Shown here one piece after another: positions 10,901 through 21,870 of a stretch of 29,280 nt of DNA. The notes below the pieces were generated by a model, which saw nothing but the letters and a program-made list of their open reading frames with translations, was not told where the DNA came from and did no database searches. The position numbers and the translations under genes were made by a program. The stretch's first letter is position 1; every line of letters begins with the position of its first letter. Origin of the DNA: Octopus sinensis (taxonomy: Eukaryota); contig NW_021837011.1 in assembly GCF_006345805.1 (NCBI RefSeq), positions 1 through 29,280 on the forward strand. Direction: 5' to 3'.

Positions 10901-11203
10901 GTGTTTAAATTCATTACAATTTCAACGTCGGAAAAAGTTGGTGTCCATCGTTTAGAAAATTGGGAAACAGTGTGACATTGTGTGTTCCGTATTACATACG
11001 TTTCATTACCAATAGGTATTATTTTAATTCCCGGTCTGAAGAGGTACTAATACGAGGTGTCTTACGTGCTTATCTACATGCATAACTACGTAACTCCTAT
11101 TATTATAGAAACATATGTAAAGCAGAATAATATCAAAACCTTTTTCCAGTTTTCTATTTTAATAGTTAATTGCTCTGCAAAAGTATTCTCCGGTATTTTC
11201 AAC

Positions 11204-11568
11204 CCTCTGGTAAGGATCTTGATTTCCAACCACATGATTCAGGGTTCAGTCCTACTGCGTGGCCCCTTGGGCAAATGTCTTCTACTATAGTCTTGAGCCG
11301 ACTGAAGCCTTGTGAGTGGATTTGGTGGACTGAAACTTAAAGAAGCCCGTCGTATATATGTATATGTGTGTGTTTGTGGGTGTCTTTGTGTTTGTCCCCC
11401 CCCCCACCGTTTCACAACTGATGTTGTTGTGTTTACGCTCCCGGATCGGCAAAAGAAACCGATACAATAAGTACTAAGCTTTAAAAACGTCCTGGGATCG
11501 ACTTGTCCGATTAATAAAAGAGACCCTTGAAGGTGGTGCTCCAGCAAATGACTGAAACAAGTAAAAGA
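11204..11568 (+). mobile_element. Family 1 SINE (first bases of the head lost)
   Basis: TGGTAAG...CCAACCACATG...GGGTTCAGTCCTACTGCGTGGCCCCTTGGGCAAATGTCTTC...ends TGACTGAAACAAGTAAAAGA. Confidence 0.88.
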
Positions 11569-11647
11569 CTTTAAAAAGGACTAAATATACTTTGGAGAAC
11601 TGGATTATACACAGATCGGATTATAACCTTTACGTACATCTCTTATA

Positions 11648-11986
11648 TCTTTTACTTGTTACGGTCAGTAGACAACGACCATGCTGGGGCAGCGCTCCGG
11701 TACTTATTCTATCAGTTTCTTTTGTCGAACCGCTAAGTTACGGGGACGTAAACGCGCCAATCATCGGTTGTCAAGTGGTGGTGGAGGACGAACACAGACA
11801 CACGTACACACACATATATACGACTGGTTTCCTTCAGTTTCCGTTTACCAAATCCACTCACAAGGCTTCGGTGTGGCCCCAGACTACAGTAGAAAACACT
11901 TGCCTAAGGTGCCACGCAGTAGAACTGAACCCGGATCGATGTGGTTGGGAAATAAATCTTCTTACCACACAGCCACGCCAGCGCCT
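11648..11986 (-). mobile_element. Family 1 SINE, tail-to-tail with the previous copy
   Basis: Colinear with 5713-6126, with a deletion of about 50 nt in the tail. Confidence 0.88.
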
Positions 11987-11994
11987 AAAAAGTT

Positions 11995-12075
11995 GCCAGC
12001 AGGCGGCTACTGGGATTCGAACTACGTCCCTCTCACATACCGGCTGTGTGCTAATGCATGGTCAAGCATAGAGGT
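11995..12075 (-). other. tRNA-like fragment (pseudo-tRNA or SINE head)
   Basis: Minus strand CACA-GCCGGTA-TGTG stem-loop, then GAGAGGGACGTAGTTCGAATCCC (T-arm/B box). D-arm and acceptor stem are not intact. Confidence 0.45.
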
Positions 12076-12398
12076 TCAAGAATACAATCGGAGTGCTTAA
12101 GCGACATCAGATAACGGAGGGGGCGGAGACCAAGTCGGCAAAAATGAAGTTTGGCTGACGACCAATCTGATGGAGACTGGAGATTACCTCTCTTCTTTAT
12201 AGATCTATAATTTCTTAAGCTATGGCGTGTGATCGATCGGTTGAATAGTTGATTGATACACATGCACACACGCGCGCGCGCACACTTGTTTTTAAGTAGT
12301 TTCACGAAAATATAAAATTAGTAAGCTATAGTTGAACTTAATAGGTTTTTCTTATAAGACTGACAGATGTAGTTGAGTTTAAACCTTACCATTAAGAG

Positions 12399-12450
12399 CC
12401 GCTGATGAGGATTAAGATGATCTCCATCAAAATCCGAAAACGCGATCCGG
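12399..12450 (+). ncRNA. Minimal type I hammerhead ribozyme (one stem III mismatch)
   Basis: CCG-CTGATGA-GGATT(AA GATG ATCTC CATC AA)AATCC-GAA-AACGCGAT-C-CGG. Confidence 0.75.
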
Positions 12451-12472
12451 GTATGTATGCACAATCATAGGT

Positions 12473-12877
12473 ATGGGCAAGTGCCCACAATGCCGCACTT
12501 GCCCATACCTCTCCAACACCACCATCCTCACAGGCACCTATCATCGTCCCAACCATATCACTGACTCCTTTATATGTACTTCTAGCAACGTCATTTACTG
12601 TATCTCCTACTCTTTCTGTCCTCTGTACATCGGTCAAACGGGACGCCACTTGGCTGACCGGTTCGCAGAACACCTCCGAAACATTAGACTCGGCAATGAC
12701 ATCTCGGTCTCGCGCCATTTCTGCTCTACCGGTCATTCATTACAACACCTGTCTGTGTTTGGATTGTCTTTGCACAGGGGCCATCCGGACTCCCGCCTTC
12801 GCTGTGAACAGGAATTAATCTTCTCTCTTCGCTCCTTTGCGCTACATGGGCTCAACTCTCCTCCCCTCTTCATCTGA
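12473..12877 (+). mobile_element. Penelope-like element (Neptune-type) GIY-YIG endonuclease, 5'-truncated, open frame of 134 aa
   Basis: CxxCxxC, CTSSNVIYCI, LYIGQTGRHLADRFAEHLRNI, RHF...GHS, RL.CEQELIF.L and HGLN motifs are typical of PLE endonucleases. Confidence 0.92.
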
Positions 12878-13035
12878 CTCCCCTCCTCTCTCCTCGCTTC
12901 ATGTCACGCCTGCACCCTCTCTTCACTCATACCCACCTTCTCCCTTCATCATAACCACCTCCATCTACACCCCATCCCAACACATCCCAAACCCACCATC
13001 CCAACAAATTTGATGCACAGTTTTAGTATTATTAA

Positions 13036-13180
13036 CTGTTATGAACATTTAAACTTGTCAACATCGAAATTTTTAAACATGTTTTTCTCATTCATAATTA
13101 TAAATTTGTCTGTTATGAACATTTAGACTTGTCAATATTGAAACTTTTAAAGATGTTTTTCTAATTCATAATTATAAATT
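13036..13180. repeat. Tandem duplication, period about 74 bp
   Basis: CTGTTATGAACATTTA.ACTTGTCAA.AT.GAAA.TTTTAAA.ATGTTTTTCT.ATTCATAATTATAAATTT starts at 13036 and at 13110. Confidence 0.9.
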
Positions 13181-13450
13181 TTTATCATAGATAAATAAAA
13201 AATATTGTTGAAACTAGTTTAGTATATATGTAAATAAATAAATTTATTTTAAACAATTACAAGTTTTTCAAATTTAGGTGCATTTTCAACAACAACTTTG
13301 CCTATATATATCGACTGACGAGGAAAAGTCAGCTGCGAATATTCTGTGTATCGTGTCTTTGCCTAAATTTCCCGTCCGTTAAGTTTTCATCTGGTTTTCC
13401 GTTTCCTCCACTTGCGTTTATTTTTTCTCCTTGTGCCTTTTCTGTTCAAT

Positions 13451-13454
<4 letters not shown>

Positions 13455-13494
<40 letters not shown>

Positions 13495-14160
13495 ACACAC
13501 ACACGCACACACACACACATACACGCACACATACACAAACATACATATATATATGCATATAAGTCTGTACAGAAAGAGGTTGTTCTTTCTAAGGGATATA
13601 TTACCTAAGCGTGCACCAGTTTTGCACTGTTATCGATTAACGATACTGGAAATTTTTCCTGTGTATATGTACTAGTGATTATCGTTGGGTCTTCTTTAAT
13701 ATTAGTACCTTATACTTTTGAAATTCCAGTTGTCGCTATGGAGATTGCCACCATTTTCGATATAGGAGAAAAAAGTTTTTAAAAGTTTATATACATACAT
13801 ACATGCATACATACATACATATTTACATACATATATATATATAATACATATATATATATACTTATATATATATATATGTATATATGTAAATATATATATA
13901 TATGTATATATATGTATATATATATATATATATGTATATATAGATTTATGTATATATATATGTACATATATATGCATGCATGTCTATATGTATGTACGTA
14001 TGCATGTATGTATAGATACACACAAGCAGTCGAACATAATACATGGACATACATACAATACACACGTAATATACCCACACATATTATGCATAAATATGAA
14101 ATTAAAGTTGAAAGTTACTCTCTCTTTTGAATGTATAATCAGATAGAGAATATTTTGTAT

Positions 14161-14227
<67 letters not shown>

Positions 14228-14246
14228 ATATTATATTATATATATT

Positions 14247-14289
<43 letters not shown>

Positions 14290-14520
14290 CTATATATATG
14301 TTCTATAATATATTTTATATATCATATACACCCTGTTTTTATGTAATACTTAGAAGAATATAAATATATATATGTACATATACATGCATACACACACACA
14401 CACACACACACATACACACACACACAGATATATATATATTTATATATATATATATACATACACTCACACATATATATACATACGTATACATATGTGTATA
14501 TATATTATATACATATACTG
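13455..14520. repeat. Microsatellite block (CA)n/(TACA)n/(TA)n with short unique spacers
   Basis: Directly visible. Confidence 0.88.
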
Positions 14521-14938
14521 TAGATTTTCCTTATAAATTACTATTGCGTGAATATTTAAATAAAGGCTTGAAATCCATCCTATGTAGGAGGAAGATAAAA
14601 TATGCATTTCTAAATAAATGAACGACAAAATAAAGACAGCGTGAAATTAAAATGGCTCACATAACTCTAAGTAACTACTTATTGCACGCAACGGAATTAA
14701 ATAAAATGGATCTCGTACATGTAATATAGCGTCTGCTTTTTAGTGATAGGCGACGGAATTCTGCATCGATAAATGTATTCTGCTGTGATGATATTTAGAC
14801 GTTAAACGATTTGTCTTTACTTGTGTATTATGTAAATACCCGTTCTTCCTAAAAATAATAAAAAAAGACTGTTCTGCAGCGAGAAGAATTAATTTGTGAA
14901 ATGAATAATTGTTACATTGTCTTCTGCCTGCTTTCAGT

Positions 14939-15066
14939 TCTTTTACTCGTTTCAGTAATTTTGTCTGTGGCCATGCTGGAGCACTGCCTTTAGTCGAACG
15001 AATCGACCCGCAGGACTTATTCTTTGTAAGCCTAGTTCTTATTCTATCGGTCTCTTTTGCCGAACT
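14939..15066 (-). mobile_element. 3' fragment of a family 1 SINE
   Basis: TCTTTTACTCGTTTCAGT...GGCCATGCTGGAGCACTGCCTTTAGTCGAACGAATCGACC...TTATTCTATCGGTCTCTTTTGCCGAAC. Confidence 0.88.
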
Positions 15067-15153
15067 GCCTTCATCAGGTGTCTTGGGGGTATTTTCGAAC
15101 CTGGGTTCTCATTCCTAAAGTATTTTTCGATGTTATTATTTTTGTTTACTGAA

Positions 15154-15157
<4 letters not shown>

Positions 15158-15191
<34 letters not shown>

Positions 15192-15209
15192 CGCAATACA
15201 ATATACAGA

Positions 15210-15261
<52 letters not shown>

Positions 15262-15445
15262 TAATATATATATATATATATATAATATAATATATATATA
15301 TATATACATACATTATATATATATAGTGTGTATATATATATATATATGTATATATATAATATATATGTACATATATATATATATATACATACATAATACA
15401 TACATACATACATCATACATACATACATACATACATACAGCCATG
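15158..15445. repeat. (TA)n/(TACA)n microsatellite
   Basis: Directly visible. Confidence 0.92.
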
Positions 15446-15599
15446 CATAATACATCTATGTACATATTTGTATGCGTATGAGTGCTTGTGTTTGTGAGAT
15501 AAACAAAATTACATGATTTTCCGAAGCATAATCTTATCCAATCGACCTTTCGGTCGACGAGTGTTCGCAGTCATAGTTTTGAGAACGAGTGAGTGATAT

Positions 15600-15650
15600 C
15601 GCTTTCAATTAAGTTGGCAGCGCTTTCAATTAAGTTGGCAGTGCTTTCAA
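15600..15650. repeat. 21-bp tandem repeat, about 2.4 copies
   Basis: (C/T)GCTTTCAATTAAGTTGGCAG at 15600 and 15621, partial at 15642. Confidence 0.9.
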
Positions 15651-16097
15651 GCAATCACGTTAACTTTCTTTGATGTAAGTTGTTACATACATGACAAGGA
15701 ACCAGTTTTTAGGACTGAATCGAAGAAGTATGCCGCCTGAGTTACAGAGAAAATAATCATTATTCCTGATGTGGTTTATCCCATCCCCAAACCACCACTA
15801 CGTTACAAAGCATCGTTATAATAATCTACTGATTTATTGAATGGATTTTTATCACGAGAACCGAGATAGTAGATTAATAATTTTGGTATATACGTTTTGG
15901 ATTGAGAACTGCAGGGAGGTTCGACTCCCTATGGGTATAATGTAAAGTTTCATTAGATTACTTCAGAGTGGTATGAGTTCAAGAAAGTACACTATTTTGA
16001 TGGTAGTGTTGACTAATTTTTTACATTCAAATCTTTAAATATATTGAACACAAAGTTTGGCGCACAGCCAGAATCTATGAATATATTTATTTTTTTA

Positions 16098-16320
16098 TTC
16101 TTCACAAGGGGCTAAACATAGAGGGGACAAGCAAGGAGAGACAAAGGGATTAAGTCGATTACATAGACCCCAGTGCGTAACTGGTACTTCTTTAATCTAC
16201 AACGAAAGGATAAAAGGCAAAGTCGACTTCGGCGGAATTTGAACTCAGAACGTAGCGGTAGACGAAATACCACTAAGCATTCGCCCGGCGTGCTAACGAT
16301 GCTGCCAGCTCACCGCCTTA
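16098..16320 (-). mobile_element. Full-length family 2 SINE
   Basis: Reverse complement of 4146-4370. Confidence 0.9.
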
Positions 16321-16394
16321 TTAATCTTTGAATATATAAACGAGATTTTCCCCGCATCTGTCTGCTTGTGAGTTATTCCTGTTACGTAATAATG

Positions 16395-16607
16395 ATTTCA
16401 AATTCTGGCACAAGGCCAGCAATTTCGGGGGAGAGCGTAAGTCGATTACATTGACTCAAGTACTCAACCGGTACTTATTTTATTGACCCCGAAAGGATGA
16501 AAGGCAATGTCGACCACGGCAGAATTTGAACGCAGAACGTAAAGACGGATGAAATGTCGCTAAGCAGTTTGTCCGGCGCAGCAACGATTCTGCCAGCTCG
16601 CCGCCTT
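16395..16607 (-). mobile_element. Family 2 SINE, alternative-tail subfamily
   Basis: Family 2 head and core, but tail ...CTGGCCTTGTGCCAGAATTTGAAAT on the minus strand. Confidence 0.85.
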
Positions 16608-16632
16608 CCCGTTACATAATATTAAAAGATTA

Positions 16633-16820
16633 TAAGGCAGCAAGCTGGCAGAATAATGTGTACGCCGAACTAGATGCTTAGCGGTATTTCGTCCGGCTTC
16701 ACGTTCTGTGTTCAAATGCCGCCTTGGTTGACTTCACCTTTCACCCAGTTAAGCATTGGGCTCGATAAAAAGGATTTACCCCTTCGCCAAACTTACTGGC
16801 CTTGTGCCAAAATTTAAAAC
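16633..16820 (+). mobile_element. Family 2 alternative-tail SINE, head-to-head with the previous copy
   Basis: AAGGCAGCAAGCTGGCAGAAT...GCTTAGCGGTATTTCGTC...GTTCAAATGCCGCC...CTGGCCTTGTGCCAAAATTTAAAA. Confidence 0.8.
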
Positions 16821-16849
16821 CAATATTGAAAGCCTATCATTGTTGAATA

Positions 16850-17470
16850 TACAGGCTACTTTCATTGTCTATTATTCAAATCTTTATATAAATCAACGAG
16901 ATTTCCATACATCTATTAGCTTGTTACGTAACATATAAAGCCGTCATTGCAGTGTAGGCCACCGTATAGAAAATAATTAAATTTAGTGCATATACACATA
17001 TAATGGCAGAGTAATTCTCATGATTCAGCAAAATCCGTTTATACCACACTGATAACAAATGAAGAATCAAAATTTTTCTTTGGACACTGGTTATTATCAA
17101 AGGATAATACAAATTTTCTTCGATGCATAACGACTCCAATGTCAGAATTGCTAATGGAAATGTAGGTACCCCATGAAAGTTAATTCGTTTTGAAGTAAAG
17201 CCTTGGTAATTGAAGGGCAATAATCTTTGACATCAAACCGAGTGACTCTATTTTGTGGTTTATTATTCATATTTATTATTCAACCTCTTTATAACTGAAA
17301 TATTGTTGTTCTATTATGTTAAACTAGCGAAGCTTTTTGTTTAGATAATGGAAAACTATTTCATATCAATGCAAATTTCCTTCATTCGCCCATTATTCTT
17401 GGTAATTTAATTTCTGTATCAATAGTAAACACATCATTTCCCTATCCCCGGATTAAGATGCCACAATATC
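16850..17470 (-). mobile_element. Decayed Penelope-clade reverse transcriptase remnant (stops and frameshifts)
   Basis: Manual translation: NNK...RFDVKDYCPSITKALL (17237-17193), ISNSDIGVVMHRRK (MHRRK 17128-17114), KKN..SSF, ELL, GLHCNDG (16960-16940). These parallel the PLE RT motifs FDI.EFYPSIT, IIMH.RK and GLYRDDG. Confidence 0.72.
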
Positions 17471-17649
17471 TTGTGGTATAATCCATTTTACACCGCAAAT
17501 GTAAGAGCATATATTGTCAAAGATTCTTGTAATTCAATATCTTTTCCCTGCTTTGTCGCCCGTCCATTAAGTCAGGAAATGTAATTTCTAATAGTATTTA
17601 TTGATACAATGGGTGCAATCTCATCCTTATTGATACAATCTCATCCTTA

Positions 17650-18200
17650 TTGAAAAACTTCAAATCCAGAAGAGTAATTGCCTAGAAGCAGCTCGTGGAA
17701 CTCTGAACTCAGTAGAAACACCACCAACAACGTTTTCGTCATCACTCGTGAATCCATCCTGTTGTATGTGGTAGAAGCGCAGTCACTATTTGATGCATAG
17801 GAGAAATCTCTGGACAAGTGCCATACCATAATGCTCTCTATGGCACAAAATATCCCGTGGGTGAAGAACAATGAAGAATGTTGACTCTTAAGTAGTCTAC
17901 CGTTGGTGATCACAAAGATACGATAAAGGAAATGGAAGCTTTCAGTCCACAGCATATGCCTCCATTACCGCATCAACTCAAGGCCTGTTATGCCATGCGT
18001 GATACTCGGAGGGTAACATGTGGAAAAGCTAAGGAAGAACACTGGCTGAACATGTGATGAAGTGTTGCACCTTTTCATGCAGCATTCGGTTGTGTGAAGG
18101 AATGTCATCTCGAGAGTCTCAGGTACCTCATTAGCCTCAGCAGGTCTGAACAACAACAACAACAACAACAACAACAGCAACAACAACAGCAACATCAGCA
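17650..18200 (+). mobile_element. Decayed RTE-clade LINE 3' end with (AAC)n tail
   Basis: Plus frame from 17708: LSRNT..ESILLYVVEAQSLFDA*EKSLDKCHTIMLSMAQNIPW, similar to RTE ESILLYG.E.W.L....EKSLDGCYTRMLR.ALNI.W; (AAC)n at 18149-18195. Confidence 0.75.
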
Positions 18201-18257
18201 GAATTGAATTGCGCTGCGGTGCAGACAGATAACAGCTATGTGTTAAAAACTTAAAAT

Positions 18258-18473
18258 GGCTTGACTGAGAACAAATTCAAACTTCGCCTTTATAACCATA
18301 TAAGTTCGTTTCAGAACTAATCGAAACGGTTTTCGACAAATTTTCCCAAATACTTTTGGATTTTGAAACAATCCATCTCGGCTACTTTTAAAACAAAATG
18401 GATTATTTAACAACCTGCAGCTCCTTAGCAGCACGCCTTTGTCGTCTAAATATACATTGTATGTTCTGCCTAA
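18258..18473 (+). mobile_element. Decayed Penelope-clade GIY-YIG endonuclease remnant
   Basis: GLTENKFKLRLYNHISSFQN*SKRFSTNFPKYFWILK parallels PLE YIG.TE..FK.RY.NH..SF......T.LSKY.W.LK. Confidence 0.72.
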
Positions 18474-18476
18474 AAC

Positions 18477-18650
18477 TGATTTCAAATTTTGGCACAAGGC
18501 CAGCATTTCGGGGGAAGGGGTAAATCGATTGCAATGACCTAAGTGTTCAACTGCTACTCATATCAACCCTGAAAATATGAAAGCAAAGTCTACCGCGGCG
18601 GCATCTGAACTCAGAACGCAAAGACGGATTCAATGCAGCTTAGCACTAGT
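18477..18650 (-). mobile_element. Diverged family 2 alternative-tail SINE
   Basis: ATTTCAAATTTTGGCACAAGGCCAGCA...GAAAGCAAAGTCTACCGCGGCGG..TGAACTCAGAACG. Confidence 0.75.
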
Positions 18651-18894
18651 TTCAAGTTTTGGCAGAAACCTACCAGGATTCGAGGAGAGGGGCAGCGTGC
18701 GTGCGCGTATGTATAAGTATATATACATTTATTTATATTACTAATTCTCTCTACATACAAACATACTCATAAATAACATAAATATTTATACATATATACA
18801 TACATAGGAACTGTAAAAATCTGTAAAACTTTACAGAAGTTTATCATTTAAGTATATAAGAGCATGTCTAGACATACAACTCTATGCATGAGAA

Positions 18895-19227
18895 TACATA
18901 CATAAAACAAAACATACAAATTTGCACATATACACACATACATACATGCATACATACATGCATACATACATGAATGCATGCATACATACATGAATGCATG
19001 CATACATACATATACGCACGTACCAATTGGTGTAGAAACCAAAGAAATGATCTCCCAAGACATGTCATGTCGAGTAGGTTAAATATTTGCAGTAAGCGTT
19101 CAATTAAGATCAGCAGATCGAAAACAAACTGTCAACGCATATATATATATATATATGTGTGTGTGTGCGTGTGTGTGCTTGTGTGTGTATGTCTATGTAC
19201 ATTCATAGGTATATACGTTAATATATT

Positions 19228-19317
<90 letters not shown>

Positions 19318-19600
19318 AATCCAAATGGGAAACAAAAAAACACAACAACAATGGAACAATTACAGTATTATTATTAATAGGCGCTCAGGAAATGGAAGCA
19401 GGGAGGTATATATATATATACATACATACACATATATTTATACATACATACATATATATGTATATGTATATATGTACGTATATATATATATACCTATACA
19501 AATAAATATTATATATACTCATATACCAATGAATACGCATACACACACATATGCGTGTATGCATATATATGTTCACATATGTACAAATATACGGATTATA
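18895..19600. repeat. (TACA/TGCA)n, (TG)n and (TA)n microsatellites
   Basis: Directly visible. Confidence 0.85.
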
Positions 19601-19895
19601 CGTACATATATCTGTCGATCGCAGTGCATTCCAACTATCCTATCTAATCCGATAAACTAAGGAATAATACCCCGAAACCACTCGATAAGTAGTCAACAAT
19701 AACTCAGGATAATTCGAGTTCTGAAATTAACTTTTGTGAGATACTGAAGTCAACCAAATCGATAAAGCCTAGAGATTACTGACCGGAAGTTGAATGGCTT
19801 ATATCTCGCCGCCATCATCATCGCTGTTACTGCGAACACAATGGTTGTGGAAGCAGTGCATTGCTAACTTGAGATAAATACTCATTATATATATA

Positions 19896-20126
19896 TTTCT
19901 TTACTACCCACAAGGGACTAAACACAGAGGGGACAAACAAGGACAGACAAAGGGATTAAGTCGATTACATCGACCCCAGTGCGTAACTGGTACTTAATTT
20001 ATCGACCCCGAAAGGATGAAAGGCAAAGTCGACCTCGGCGGAATTTGAACCCGGAATGTAACGACAGACGAAATACGGCTATGCATTTCGCCCGGCGTGC
20101 TAACGTTTCTGCCAGTTCGACGCCTT
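19896..20126 (-). mobile_element. Full-length family 2 SINE with a 16-bp target-site duplication
   Basis: Reverse complement of 4146-4377; ATACTCATTATATATA at 19878-19893 and 20131-20146. Confidence 0.93.
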
Positions 20127-20374
20127 ATATATACTCATTATATATAGGAAAGAGAAGACAGCACAGAAAACCGTGGAAGAGGACGGGTGTATTTGTTAGT
20201 ATTGTCGTTGTTGTAGTGGCTGTTGTTACCGTTGTTTAACCCCAAGTAAGTCCCGAATGATTATATCCATGATCAAAGACACTCCTGGCATTACAATATT
20301 CCATCTACTTTTATGTGCATTAGAGAATATGATATCCGATAAAATTATTTGTTATTAAAGGTTATGGTGGTAAT

Positions 20375-20624
20375 GAGAGGAAAGTTATGAAGATTTATGG
20401 CTATTATTTCTAGTAGACCGCCAGCTTCTAAATCCAGATTACAAATTTATATTTAACCAATAATGACTGGAGCACTTGGTTTAATGAGTAAATGCCTAAC
20501 AGACAACTTGGATAAGCTTGGATTTTATGATAAAGAAATCAACCAGCCAACTCGTACATCACAAATAGATTCTGTAAGCGGAACAGTAAAAATGTGCAAG
20601 ACTTTACTCAAATTTAAAATGTAA
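20375..20624 (+). mobile_element. Decayed C-terminus of a REL-endonuclease (R2/R4-group) LINE
   Basis: Translation across a frameshift: RQLLNPDYKFIF / PIMTGALGLMSKCLTDNLDKLGF...IDSVSGTVKMCKTLLKFKM*. The PIxxGALG motif matches PIIVGALG of the LINE at 24713-25396. Confidence 0.65.
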
Positions 20625-20984
20625 TATCGATGGAGTTTTGTATCTTTGTTAGACACCAACTCTTTCCTCAATGTAAGAATTTAAATGATTTAAAATAGAA
20701 CATCCATACACACACATGCATATCTACATATATACACGCATACACATATCTATATCTATATTTATATTTATATATGCGAACAAAACAAAATTCACAAAGA
20801 GTCAAATAATGATAACCTTCCGACACAGTCTGCAAGATATTCATGATAAATGGTAACGAAGAAATTCTTTAATTTTATTCCAATAATCAAATAACAGAAA
20901 TTCAAATTGGAATCAATACTGGTAAAAAAGAACGAATCGAATTTTCAAATTTAGTCATTGAAGGGGGAAAAATACACAACTGCA

Positions 20985-20993
20985 CACAAACAT

Positions 20994-21028
<35 letters not shown>

Positions 21029-21728
21029 TACATATATACATATACATATACACATACATACATGCATACATACATACATACATAGATACATGCATACATA
21101 CATACATACATACATGTATACATACATACATGCATATATACATACATACATACATGCATACATACATGCATATATATACATTCATACATACATACATACA
21201 TACATACATACATACATACATACATACATACATAATACATACATACATAATACATACATACATACATACATACATACATACACACATACATACATACATA
21301 CACACATACATACATACATACATACATACATACATGCATATATACATACATACATACATACATACATACATACATACATGCATACATGCATACATACATA
21401 CATACATACATACATACATACATACATACACGCATACATACATACACATATACATACATACATACATACATACATGCATGCATACATACATACATACATA
21501 CATACATACATACATACATTCATACATACATACACACATACATACATATATATATATAGTTGAAATTTATAGAAAAACAAAAGACGAAGACAGGTGTGTG
21601 AACAGCAAGCAAGTGTAGTAGTTTGATGCTCGTGAAAAATGAAAAAGTTTTATGTTTCGAGCCTACGCTCTTCAACAGAAAGAAATTAGAGAAAATAAAC
21701 AGAGAGAAGGAGGGAAAGAGAGAGAGAT

Positions 21729-21790
<62 letters not shown>
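20985..21790. repeat. (GA)n, long (TACA)n and (GA)n microsatellites
   Basis: (TACA)n about 21030-21550; (GA)n 20998-21025 and 21700-21786. Confidence 0.92.
21648..21681 (-). ncRNA. Hammerhead-like motif with variant core (probably inactive copy)
   Basis: Minus strand TTT-CTGTTGA-A-GAGC(GTAG)GCTC-GAA-ACAT-A-AAA. A6U in the core; stem III ACAT is one CpG-type change from the palindrome ACGT. Confidence 0.5.
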
Positions 21791-21791
<1 letters not shown>

Positions 21792-21870
21792 AGATCTTTG
21801 TTTTGCTATAAATTTGATATTTAAACATTTGCTAGTTTTTAGCAAGACACGTTCCGATAAAAACAATTAA

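Noticed and set aside
11036-11060. CTGAAGA-G-GTA(CTAA)TAC-GAGG
   Set aside because: No A15.1/stem III and no stem I.
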